Part shown: positions 39,601 through 52,110 of the stretch, piece by piece
Layout of the letters: every line of letters begins with the position of its first letter
Position numbering within the stretch: the stretch's first letter is position 1
Assembly (NCBI GenBank): GCA_051362555.1
Contig: CM120645.1
Span: 20,336,001-20,400,000 of the forward strand
Source of the DNA: Lingula anatina
Lineage: Eukaryota; Animalia; Brachiopoda
DNA: 64,000 bases
Reading direction: 5' to 3'
Notes under the pieces: generated by a model
Databases searched by the model: none
Told to the model about the DNA's origin: nothing
The model's input: the letters and a program-made list of their open reading frames with translations, nothing else
Program-made: the position numbers and the translations under genes

Positions 39601-42600
39601 TTATAAACTGACGCCTCCTATGCTCTCAACTGAGGCTGTTTCCTCAGTAATGTTGACCGCTGGTTTGCTCAAGTCACCACTGTCCACCAATGTGTCAAAG
39701 TCATCATACCCTGCCTCATTGATATTCCTCACCTGTTCACTGAAAGTTGCGCTCGCATTATCTGGGAAGACTGGGGGTATGAACTTCGGAGTAGCCAGGG
39801 GTTCGTAAGGAGAAAAATCGCCATCATGGCTGCTGTCATCTGGTGGTATGAATTGAGGACAGCCATTACTCTGTGAATCAAATGAAACGGTCGGGGGTAT
39901 CCAAATTTTTGGTGGGCCATGTCCATTGGGCAACTGTGAGTCCTTGAGCGATGGAATATTGACACAGCCATTAGAGACAGGGTGACCTTGACCTTGCTTT
40001 AAATTGTTGTCCTCCAGCTGCTTCTGCTGCTGACGTCGGGCATTTAACGACTGTGCAACGTGAAAGGAGGGAGGCGATTGGAAAGCCTCAGGCGTTGGTG
40101 ACGCTGGTCCCAAAAAATCCTCCGGAGATGTTCGTTGTAGCTCAGTGGGGGGTATCCACAGCTGTGGCCTTGATTCCAAGCCTTCGTCTATCATCAAAGC
40201 TGTGTTGTCATGACAACCTGTGCGGAGCTCCTCTCGATTCTCTGGTCTGAGGCTCTCAAGGCCAGAATCTAAGGGGTCCAGAGAAGAGGATCGTCCCAAT
40301 CGGGGAACGCTCACTGGCGTTGGCTTACCATACCTTTCATTAAACCAGTTCTTATTTTCTGAAAAATAGTTCTCTGCCTCTCTGATAGCCTGATAAAGCT
40401 TTACTCCCTCTGGATTCTGCTCTGGTTGAGAATAATAATCCAGATCACTGATTCCTTCAACAGTATACTTGCTTCCTGGTTGATACTGTTCTATACCGTG
40501 GATGTGGAAGAACAAGCTTTCCATGTGGTTCATTAGCAAGAATTTGGGTTGGATGTCCGGAATGATGTAAGTGTCAGGTGTGTAACCGAAGTGCACGTTG
40601 ACATACTTGGCACACGGCACAGTAGTCTCTTTGAAATAGCGCTCTCGTATCATAGTGATCACCTGTAGATACATGTCAGATGTAGGCGACTGGTTTTCAA
40701 GCTTGTCGTACACCTCTCCATTTTGCCGTGCTCTGAAACGTTTGTAAGCTCCCTCGGAGTTGATGATAAGCACGATGTCTGCTCGATCACAGCTTTTGGT
40801 CAGCCAGCCCGTTTTCATTTCGCACATGATGTCGTGGTGTGACCAAAGGTCAAGGATGACATCGCAGCCACATTGGAACTTGAGGAAATTGGCAAATTTG
40901 ATGACTACTTCTCTGTGACGTTCATGGTCATCCGAATACACCAAAAACACAGTCTTTGTTTTGCTGATCTCAAAGTACTGTTTTCCTGCATCTAAATAAA
41001 GGGGCAGCAGAATTAATAAAGGGAAATTTATAATGTTAAGGTAAGAGAGATTTCTGTAATTAATCAGCATTTTGTGACTTAAAGACCATGTATCAAAAAC
41101 TTTGATAGGTGAACAAGGGAATGAAATATGAATCATTCATGGTTTCTTATACACACCCAGCTAGTTTTCATGCATTATAAATTTTTTAAATTGTCATGAA
41201 GAGCAATTTAATGCTTAACGCGTGATTTTACAAATTCCAGCCATACCAGGCATGGTGATCCTGGTCTGAGGATTGGGATTTGGGGTCACAGTGACCAAAG
41301 GTATCTTTTTCCCATCTTTAGGCTTATTGTTTGGGTAAATAGTCAGTGGCTTCTCAGAGTCCCCGCTAGAAATTCCTGTTAAATAAAAAGAAAAACATGC
41401 TATTAAGCCATGCATTATTGTATTATTCAAGCTGGTCTATACCGTATTATATAGTACTCAAGAAAGTGTCAACATCATATTATTTAGACTGCACTATTAT
41501 ATTAATTCCGAATAATTTTGGTGCATTCACTGAATTCTCCAAGATCAAAAAATTAACTAGCCTAAATGCAGAAAAAATGGCCAATTACTGAACAAATCTA
41601 CAAATTAAGCCTTCAATTTTACTGGCATTCTGCAAGGGACCAGAATTAACATTCCAGACAGTCATATTTTACCACTAGTGCAGGAATTACTCAATCTTTT
41701 CAGTGGGGGAAAATTGTGAATTTTACAGATACTGGTAAGAGTACTGTATTTTATAAGTCATAATTTATTCAAATTAGAACTTTCCTATTCAGTGGTACAA
41801 GTAGCAACAAAATTAAAAAGTAGCATACTCTATATTTCTATGCTACAGTATGCAGTAAAAGCAATACGAATGCTATATTAATATTTAGAAATAAAATATG
41901 TGTGATTAGAAAATCATGTATGTGAAAGTTTTATAATTTTTGCCCTTGGAAAACATGGAGTTACTCCTGAAGTTCTAAAATAATCAAAACTGCTCACTGT
42001 AACCCGGCCTCCTTCTCCACCAATACAACAGTGCCGCAACACCCAGCAACATCATTGCTCCAAGTACACCTAACACAGCAGGCACCACAGCACTGGAGGG
42101 CCTATCCGCACCTTTACTTGCTCCAACCTTGGGAGAGACAGCATTGGTGGTGCCACCTGTTGTCCAGTCATTACTGCTGCCACCTGGTGTTGGTGATTTA
42201 GAAACAATATTGGGGGCCTGGGCAGTGGATGGAGGAAGTTCTACACTGAGATTGCACTGGCGTAATTTTTCTCGACTGACGTCAGATTCTGGAATGAAAT
42301 TTACCATGTATGGTTTAAATCATTAAATTCCTGAATTTTAACATTATCTGCAATGAAGTTGGATGTTGATAATGTGATAACTGTAACATTTGTAGTATTC
42401 AAATTTAAGTTGTTAGCATAATGGTAACCATATAATATTGCACTGTTACATTATCAGTCGCGACAGTAACAATAACATGACCATTTGCTATTGTAACTTT
42501 TTTTCTTAAACTTTGCTTCATGTGACAACTTATTCACTGGTAACGTTGCAAGTTACATTTATTCACAGTTAATATGACAACCACTAATAAACACAATTAT

Positions 42601-44319
42601 ATCATTATATCATTATAACATAGCCCTCCACTAAATCGAGTCTAAATCTGACGCTGGATCAGTAGAAATTCATAAATGTATTCAGTTACAGGCCACTGTT
42701 TCCACAAACCGACACTGTCCTCACCTTTTATCTCAAACTCCAGGGAAGTAGTGGTGCAATGGTTTTCACATGTATTCCCTGTATTTGTGCACACACAACG
42801 ATTATTTAGTTTCCCCATTGTGTGCTTGGGAGTTACCTGAAAAGGTGTGTAGGAAACAACTGAGGCGCATGTATTTATTTAATGTATGGTACTTGATCAT
42901 TCCACACAATAATAATAGTAATATAAACAACATTTTAAGTCTAAACTACAACTGAGCAGCAAATTTAAAAAAACAGTAAAATATTAATTACCGGGGGTAC
43001 AATTCTATAATATGCCTAAAATACTTAAATAAGATTTAGAAACATTTCATTTTAAAGACCCTAATATTCAAAAGAGTCATTAATGAAATGATTTAATAAA
43101 TTTCTTTAAAAGTCTGAGGTTCCTTCTTAAAAACACATCTTGATATCAGATAAGATAAAAAGATTATTACATGTAGCACATTTCCTGGTTGCTAACAAAT
43201 TTCAAACAACTCATATTCTTAACTAATGTAAAATATTCATCACTGAAAGTTTATCATCATCAAAACATTTTCTTTGATCCCAAATTGGATGAATTAAATA
43301 AAATTATTTTTCACCAAATATTTTTAACAACATCAGTTCTCCAGATTTTGGAATATAAACACGGGAAAGATAGTTACCCAAATTTTGTATCTCCCTGGGC
43401 AAGGAGTGGGAAAATAAGTTCTTGGATCGTTCTGGAATTTAAAATCAATAATTACAAACACATGCACATAATACTGTAGTTCAAATACACATATTCTTTA
43501 TTTCAGTATAACTGTGTGTTATTTATTTATTTATTTATTTATTTTTGTGTTGAGCATGCCACATTGCACAGAATGCAATATCAGGAAAAATAACACTATG
43601 TTAGTTCATAATTCTGCATGATTACCTACTTTTTTCTCAAAGACTTGTATTCTTACACTTACCTCATATACATCATTACTCTTAATTTTTTTACTGGTTT
43701 CATTATGAAGCAGTTCCACATCATAAACAATGATATCAGACTTGGGTTGGAAATAGACCTCCAGTTCAGCAGATTTTATCTGTAGACGTATCGTTGTGTA
43801 CCATAAAGCTCCAGATAATGTGTTGGGGTCTGAAAGCAAATTTCCTTTGATTATACTGGGCAACGTGTTTAAGACCTTTTTAAAACAAAAATGATTTTTC
43901 AAATTGTTGAAATTTCATCACTTTTTCTCTAAATCATCTCTGACTAGTATAAACCATATTCAAAACTGTTGACAAAATTACAATTTATAAACCTGTTTTT
44001 GCGATGTTACTCTCTAGTGTTTCAGTCAATCTCAGTCTAGTGATTTCACATACATATGTAATGCTCTTTGGTGGGACTTGCCTCAATGGCAAAATAAAAT
44101 ATTGCAGAATTGTTCTGGCTTTTTTTTCTACCCTTTTTAAATTTTGCTTTCTTGTTTTTTTAAATACTATATAAAGGTATAATGTTTATGGTATAAATAT
44201 GAACTTAAATGTATTATTCTCCCTGGTTGACTCAAACAAAAATGGACCCCCTTCCAATGCAAGGGTCAAACCTGCATCATTTGTGTTTACTGTGTAGAAT
44301 AGAAGTATATATATATACC

Positions 44320-44368
<49 letters not shown>

Positions 44369-45063
44369 GCCTGTTTTCAAAAAAAATTTTTTTTTTGCTA
44401 CCACTTATTTATTACTTATTTAATAATATAATATAATAGCAGTAAATTTCAAAGATCGAGTCATCATCTGAAGTCCCTGAATAAAACCCACCTTTGTCTT
44501 TGGCCAATGTACTTTGGAACATATGTACACAGGGTTGAGTGCGATCAGGGCTTGGCATGGGTAGGCTGCAAACTTGAACCCAGCAGTCTGTGCTTTCAGG
44601 AAGGTTATTTATGAAGAAGTGAAACATGGGCTGAAACACAAGAAAATTATTTATGATTCATTTATCACAGTGGCCATTCAGAAGAAGATCATCCACTGAC
44701 TAACAGATTTGCCGACTAAATATGGCCGACCCCATTTCAAAAGCGATGCCGCTGAGTCCCAATGCACCATTAAACAGATTAATTCTTGTCTCAGAGGTTT
44801 ATATGGTGGGCCCCTGCAGCGACGTAGTGTGTGAAGAAGGAGAGACCATCATGGAATTAGCGACATTGCTTTTGAAGTAGGGTCGGCCATATTTAATAGG
44901 CGGATCAGTTAATTAGTACTCAAATTCTCTGTTCTGAATGTGCCAATACAGTGGTATATAATTCATGCAAGGAATCAGAATCTCTTCGTACCTACTTCAC
45001 GTGCTTGTGAATGTTATTGTGCATGTTATTTTGCATGGTCCTGTTAGTGGGCACGTATAAAAT

Positions 45064-45111
<48 letters not shown>

Positions 45112-46723
45112 ATGAGAGAGAGAGAGAAAGAGAGAGAGTTAGTGTACATGTTTTTAGTACAAACATCAATAAAAAATCAGATCTAAGTTCACAAAACAAT
45201 ACAATAAAGTTTATTTCATGTCGGAAAGAATGAAAGTACAAACATTAGCTGAGTAGCTATTCACCGAAAGAATAAGTTAGATAATGATACCATGTTTACT
45301 ACTACTATTTTTAACTACTTCTATTGATTGAAATTACAACAGGATAATAAGGCCTAGCAGCTGACATGGTATGATACATGATCATAGCTATTAATTAATT
45401 AATTAATTATGTTTACACTGAGACATCGTTTCGGTTTAAATTTATTGTTATCCATATTCGTTGCGGAGATTACACTTGCACTTGTACTTCCCATTTTTTA
45501 AGCATTGTTTTCACTGCATTCAGACTAACACATTGTTTGATTTCGTTTGGTAGATCATTCCAAATTTTTGGCCCAAAACATACTGCACACATTTAAACAA
45601 GATTGTATAAAAATAATAAGCATCACTTACTCTTGGTTGGTTCATGTGATCAGCATCATTCCAGACAGCGTCAGTCATGTTGTAGAATCTGCATATATTT
45701 TCGTTCACTCTGTACCCATTTAAAAACAATATGGTCACTTTAAATCCCTTGGTGTAACGGAATCCAGCTGAAAGGTGAACAATAAGGTCACTAATTCTGT
45801 TATATATAATTCTCTTTGGAAGGAAGGAACATTATTTAAAACAACTCATTTCACAAAGCTTTAAGTAGTCTTTTTCCACTTATATCTTTGCCTTACTGAT
45901 CAGAGATTTAGCCAATTAAGCTGAATTTCACAAAGCAGCTAACTGTCCGCGTGCCATTTTTTTCAGTCTAAAAAAGAAGCCAAAAGACAAAATTTCAGCC
46001 TTCTATACAAGGCAATTAATTGCACACACACACACTTTTAAAACTTATTTGTTATTTGACAATGATATAGGGTTTATTTTCATGTCTAAAAAATTCTTAC
46101 CATTATCAGCTGCCTTCCAAGTGATATTGAAAGCAGGATAATTATCAAAAGTACGCCCCTTGTAAACATAATCTTTTAGGAAAGATTCTCCAGTCAACTC
46201 AGTGGGAGCACTAGGATTGAAATTATTGTTCGTCAAATTTGATATCCAGGCATCTAAACAGTTTTTACCTGCAAAAAAGGAACAGATGAAATGAATAAAT
46301 AAATAAAATAAATCAATAAATACAACAGAAATGTGTCATTAGATATTTTGATCAATTTTAACACAATGGCTAAATATGTACATGACAGACACTCATGCCT
46401 TAATTAAATTTAATTTGTATTTTACATTTTTCCATTACAATATTGTCAATGTCAAACATTATAAAGCAGTGAATGAAAAATGATATTTAAAATAACCAAA
46501 GGATTATTTGCCATCAATGACCTGTATAAAAACCATTCAAAATATACACCATTTTTATAAATTAATAAGCAATTTTTCGAGTTATTGTGTGTACCATACG
46601 TAATTGCTTGGGTTTTCTAAGGGTCAAACATTTCACTTTCATTTAACATTTTCATGATAATATTAAGTATCTGGTAATTTTAAAAGTCAACTTACTAGCA
46701 GTACATTTCAGGTGAGGGAAGCC
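39601..46723 (-). CDS. IL-17 receptor-like type I membrane protein (FN3-like ectodomain, TM, SEFIR domain); 5' exon(s) not located
   Basis: Ten phase-compatible exons (46723-46696, 46268-46101, 45767-45631, 44630-44492, 43829-43663, 43431-43378, 42836-42725, 42288-41998, 41375-41247, 40991-39601) total 2616 nt (871 aa + stop). Ectodomain contains PSAPT..FNITWK..KGFKVT..ICR. TM is AVVPAVLGVLGAMMLLGVAALLYWW followed by RRR. SEFIR: VFLVYSDDHERHREVVIKFANFLKFQCGCDVILDLW..ADIVLIINSEGAY..KYVNVHFGY..FLLMNHMESLFFHIHG. Confidence 0.92.
44670..44946. mobile_element. Palindromic MITE in an IL17R-like intron
   Basis: Inverted arms TAAATATGGCCGACCCCATTTCAAAAGCGATGCCGCT / AGCGACATTGCTTTTGAAGTAGGGTCGGCCATATTTA, with outer ends TGGCCATTCAGAA / TTCTGAATGTGCCA. 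Confidence 0.7.
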
Positions 46724-49335
46724 CTGCAAAATAAAAAAAGATACAATTAAGTTATTAATTTTAGACTTGAAATACAAAATAAAATTTCAAAATATATTTT
46801 GGTATTAGATGAAATAAATATAAATAAATATACTTAAATTTAAATATATTTATATACAAAGTTTGAGGATTCAAAGTGTCTGAGTCATGCAGTTAAAACT
46901 GCAGCACTTGTCAATGAATTTAGCTTTTCCTATCTTTCAAGACTGATATCTACTGCTGCACTTAAACAACAGAAAATGTTCTACTTGATTACAACCTCTG
47001 TAATTCTGTGGCATTCAAACTGCATTTTCCAATTTTGTTGCTTTTTGAAAAAACCATTGCTTTAGCTGCGATCTCACTGATATTCATCTCATCCAACACA
47101 ATCTAAGATCTCATTAATTTTTTTCTTTTCAATTAACTATCATTATTGGTGATAAATGTAGCAGTGGTCTTTACAAGGCCATCACTTAAAACCATGTACT
47201 ATTGCATACAATATCTACTAGTACATTGTAATTTCTACAAATACATTTACATACATGTACATTTTCTTTCTTTTTTTGTGATTTGGCTCATGGTAATACT
47301 GAATATGCACTTAGTTATCTCACAAGTCAATCTGACATTTGTTTACTTAATAATAATTTGCAATGATTAAATAATAAACTAAACATATATGCACACCATC
47401 AAGAACAAAACAATTACTGAAAGAAAATGTGTATAGATTCTTTAGAAATGATTGACTTTTGCATCAACAAGTTCAGACCATTTGCAAATCAAAAAAATTC
47501 CCAATATAATCTATCACATTGTTAAGCAAAATAATAATAAGTAAAAAATAATAATAAACATAATAATAAGGAATGCACATGGTCTTCTTCATCCAAGCTA
47601 AACTATTATGAAAATAGTCGCCAACATCCTACTATAGCTAAAGCTAGTAACAAGAACCAGTAAAGGCTGACAAACTAAGATTCTATTAGACTTAATGAAT
47701 CCCTCAAGTGCTATCCAATAACAGCCCATAACTTCCTTGATATTTTGACAATTCACTCAGTTGTATGTAGAAAGACTTGTCTGAGAAATGAAACAAGTAA
47801 TAAATTATACAATTTCTTGGAAGTTGAACTTAATAATATATTGCCCACTCAAAGAAAATATGCCCAATCCTTGTCATTCAAGTCAATAACAATTCTCCCC
47901 CACAGGGGTATCACATAACATGCATTTTATCTTTTCTTAGTGAGATATGTTTACCAAAAATGCAAAACTGATTACAAAGAGAAAAATGTATGTTATTATG
48001 TATGCTGTAATGTACACTGGTGTGTCTGCCAACTTCCTTCTATAAAATACCTTTTTCTTTTTTTGCTTTATCTTTTTTTAAGTATTCATGTATGAGGTTT
48101 TTAGTAGACTTACAAAACACATGGGGACTGGGAATTGTCAAAAATATTTCTTACCAAATAGCATACAGAGGTTGCATAGCATTAAGGTTGGGCCTGTCAG
48201 ACTTCATAAACTGCCCAAGGTTTCTACATGAACTTTCATCCCAATCTTGATAAACAACTTTTGTTTTTCAGACTGGCTGAAATGTTTCCTGATTATAATT
48301 TTCAGATGATATCTGAAGCAACCCTCCCCCCCCAGTCCTACTACTTGTAAAGGGAACAATCCTAAATCAAGTTATGAGTTATATATTTATTTTTTTATCT
48401 TATTCTTTTCATATTTTCGTTGAGATTACCATTTTGGGATATCAAGGAGAAATTACTTAAAATGTGAATTTAAAAACATCTTTTGCATGCTTTATTTGAA
48501 ATCAAAGTGGCTGTATGTAATATTTTTGGAGAAGAGAGTAAGGGACAGTTTTTTGGACAACCAGAGACATGGCAGATAACAAACATTGAAATAACTTATT
48601 GAATTAAAATGTTTATGATAACAGTAATTTATTTCTTTCGAAAGTTCACTACTTTGACGTTTAGTGCTCATAAAACCATTCAGACATAAAGAACCATTAA
48701 GAACCTAAGACGTGAATCAAAAATTATAATTATACCATAAAACTGCTGCAAAATCTTCTATGAGAGCTCTCACTGTTCTCACTGAAATAAGCAGACTATT
48801 TAGAAGTTACGGAGGATTAAACACAAGCTGCGTTGACACAGTGGCAGTTTATCACTGACATATTGACAGATAATGATTGATGCCTCATGAATGACACCTG
48901 TAATCCAAGACAGCAGTGGTTTTGCTTGGATAAGAAACTGTGCAAGAGGAAAACTACTGGATTAAAAGTGGAAAAAATCGAGGATTCCATTCTCTTCACT
49001 CACAGAATTACGCTTTTTCTTCTAAAAAACTGGCAATTTAGGCAGAGAGTAACAGTTATTTAGCAAGATGATTACAATAAAGTAGTAAAAAAGATAAATA
49101 AAACATGATATTAAAAGAACAATTATTCTTTAGAAAAGGTGCTTCAACTGTTTAAGTAAACTTCACAGAATAAAGAAAGAAATTGCTGACAATTCTCTCC
49201 TGTATCATTAAGTTCCCTTTTAATAATTCTTCCTTTTCTTTTATCCTATTATTATTATTATTCCCAAAAATGTGTCGTTTTGGCACAAGTATTAGTTTTG
49301 ATCAATGGTAAACATAAACATCTAACATGATCTAA

Positions 49336-49425
49336 GGCCACACTTTTTTATTTTTATGGATGACATCCTGCGCGCGCACCGATTTTCGTCCGTTCTCCAA
49401 AAAAAAAAAAAAAAAAAAATACCTA

Positions 49426-49456
<31 letters not shown>

Positions 49457-50435
49457 ACACACACAAGGAAGGCGGTTGTCGCAAACATCGTTATTGAATT
49501 TGCCGGAAAATGCAATCGGCAATTCTCGGCTAATTCCGCAAGCTCCATACTGTCATTGACGACTGCGGAGACATCCGAGTAGTTCCGAGTGCGGAAAATG
49601 AGCTTTCTGCGCATGCGTATTATCACCACGTGGAAATATGGCCGTTTTGCCGTCAACTTCATCTCTAGCATTAATTTCAAAATACACGACAATTAAAGTC
49701 ATAAAGAGAACGGGGGCCGTCGTTTTGGATTGGTTTGCCATTGATATTGGACATGAAGATATCACCCTTTTACAATTATACGAAAGGCTGGCCGCGGCCA
49801 GCGATCATCGCCCGGAAAATTTCAGTGACATTCTGTCCAAAGCAGCACATACAAGGTTTTTTTTGTAGCGAAAAAAGGGTCGACAAGAGCGTCGTGGTAT
49901 TTGGTGGACTGAAGGTCGGACAGGCCACCCGATAGTTGGCTGCTGCGTGTGAGTCGAAGTAGACAAAATGGCATCGACCGAAATTACCTTGGTAGTAGGA
50001 AGCATAGGCCTATCTTTGCTTCATTTTTTTAACAATTCTGTGAAGTGTTTACAATGCTTTAATTTTCTGAGAGTATAAATAAAGACACGCTGTTTATTTG
50101 ATATTTGTTTTATTGATTGCTATACCAACAGAATGCATGAAATAACCTTAAATAGATTTGGTAATATGCAGCATATATATTCATGACTTTTTACCTTTCT
50201 ATTAAGTAGGCCCTATTCACAATGCTTTTTATATATTTTGGTAGCATGGATAAAGACATGTTGTTAGTTTGATACGTGTTTCTGTGGTTAATTAGTGTTT
50301 CCAGCTGTGTACTGAAAACATAACTTTTCTTAAGCAGTTTTTTTTTTTTTTTGGACTGTTTTTTTTTTTTCGCCCGCTCGCACCGACTTTGGGGTCCCCA
50401 GAGGATGTCATCCATAAAAATAAAAAAGTGTGGCC
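49336..50435. mobile_element. Non-autonomous DNA transposon (PIF/Harbinger- or Zator-like), 1100 bp, with a CpG-rich core
   Basis: Perfect 34-bp TIRs GGCCACACTTTTTTATTTTTATGGATGACATCCT and a TAA target-site duplication (49333-49335, 50436-50438). Confidence 0.92.
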
Positions 50436-50585
50436 TAAACTTGTACAATTTCATTGCTAATCACTGTAAAAAGGCGCTGAGAAATGCCAGTAATTCCCAT
50501 CAAAATCAAATACAGACATGGTATTGAGTTCGCCCATAAACTAGAGAGAGACACTTCAATCCTCTATTGGGAGTAAAGAGCTTAA

Positions 50586-51752
50586 GGATGTAGATAACAG
50601 GGGTAGCTATCTTCTAAACCGGCCAAGATATACCAACATGTTACATATCAATAGAAAGCTTATTTCAACAGCTCTTCATTTCATATCCTTATTTCATTAT
50701 GTAATCGTTACGTAATGAGATATAATGCTTAATAGGTGTGCTCAACATGATCTTTACACCTTAAAAACTAGAAGTCCACTACAAATGGACATGTGTAGAC
50801 AGCTTGACTCATGAGCCCTCATAGGGATCAACAAGAATGCGCCTCAAATTAGCGATATGTGTTAAATTAGCAGAGATATCAAAATAAACTTGGTTTCCAG
50901 TTCAACGAGACCCCCTAGCCTAACTAAAGCATGCCTAAGTTGAAAACGGAGCTGATGTTATGAAATCCCAGACACATACTTTCAGACAAACCTTAGATCT
51001 AATGAATGAATACCAGCTTTCATCAGTTGAAAGTTCTAATTAATTTTGACACTGGTCTATATCGTTCTCTTGAAGCCATAAACTGAAGCAGAGAAATCAG
51101 CCTTTTAGTGCTCCCCGGAGATTCCAACGTTATATAATCAGTGAGCTGCATTGGCAAGCTGAGAAATTTAGTTATTTATACTGGTTCAGCCCTCTACTCA
51201 CTGCCTATGTAACTGTCACTATGTCTTTCATCCATTTTCAACATTAATATTGAACATTTTCAACCGGAGGCCCCCCTCCATGCATTGACAGCAGCCACCA
51301 TGTTAGTCGTGACGTCAGCATTCTTCACCACGTGACACCTAGGGGGAGTGCCTTTGCCCATATATGTCTCATCTATATGTCTGCTTTTTAAAGCTTTAAT
51401 AGATCGGCAGAATTAAGTTCACTGATAAATTCAAAATGAAAAGTATTGTTTGGTAAGTGAAAGCGCGACGTTACTCACAGAATGTGATAGGCTTAGCAGC
51501 AATCTAGTACGGGAAATATACAGCTGCACAGTGGAGCTGCCAATCAAACACATATATGGACAAGTGTGACCTACTTTAAAACTCAGACACGCTACCACAG
51601 GGGTAAATCAGCAATTAGGCTAAAATTACGGGTTTATTTGTAAACTTCCATTATTTTAAGATAGGCTGATATGTAGTTGATATTTCATCTATCTAATACT
51701 GACAAATTCAGAAAAACACCCAAATTTTGACAATTTACTGTTATCTACATCC
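50586..51752. mobile_element. Non-autonomous Kolobok-like DNA transposon
   Basis: 15-bp perfect TIR GGATGTAGATAACAG / CTGTTATCTACATCC with TTAA on both flanks. RR termini plus a TTAA TSD are Kolobok hallmarks. Confidence 0.85.
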
Positions 51753-51870
51753 TTAAAAGGTGGTCTCCAGTCGTATTAACCACAAATCAAACAAAAATAA
51801 ACTCACTGCTTGGATTACATTGGTACTGAAACCACACATTACTGGCCACATTTTGGCCATTTAGATCTAA

Positions 51871-52110
51871 AGGCCCATTCCCACAGATATTTGGATCGAT
51901 CTATCTCCATGAGGAGTCTCACTAAATTGCTGTCAACTTTACCAGCTTAAATGTCTGTCACGCCTAGTAAAGCTGTAAGGGGGTTATTAAATTTACCCTA
52001 GCTGCCAGTAGGCGTGAGAGGCAATAAAGAAGATTAAGTTGATAGCAATTTAGTGAGACTCCCCAGAGAGTTAGACCGATCCAGATGGATCGATATAGGC
52101 ATGGGAACCC
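51871..52110. mobile_element. Palindromic MITE (14644 family)
   Basis: Left arm nearly identical to the 14644 copy (CATTCCCACAGATATTTGGATCGATCTATCTCC..GAGTCTCACTAAATTGCTGTCAACTT), with an inverted right arm. Confidence 0.8.
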
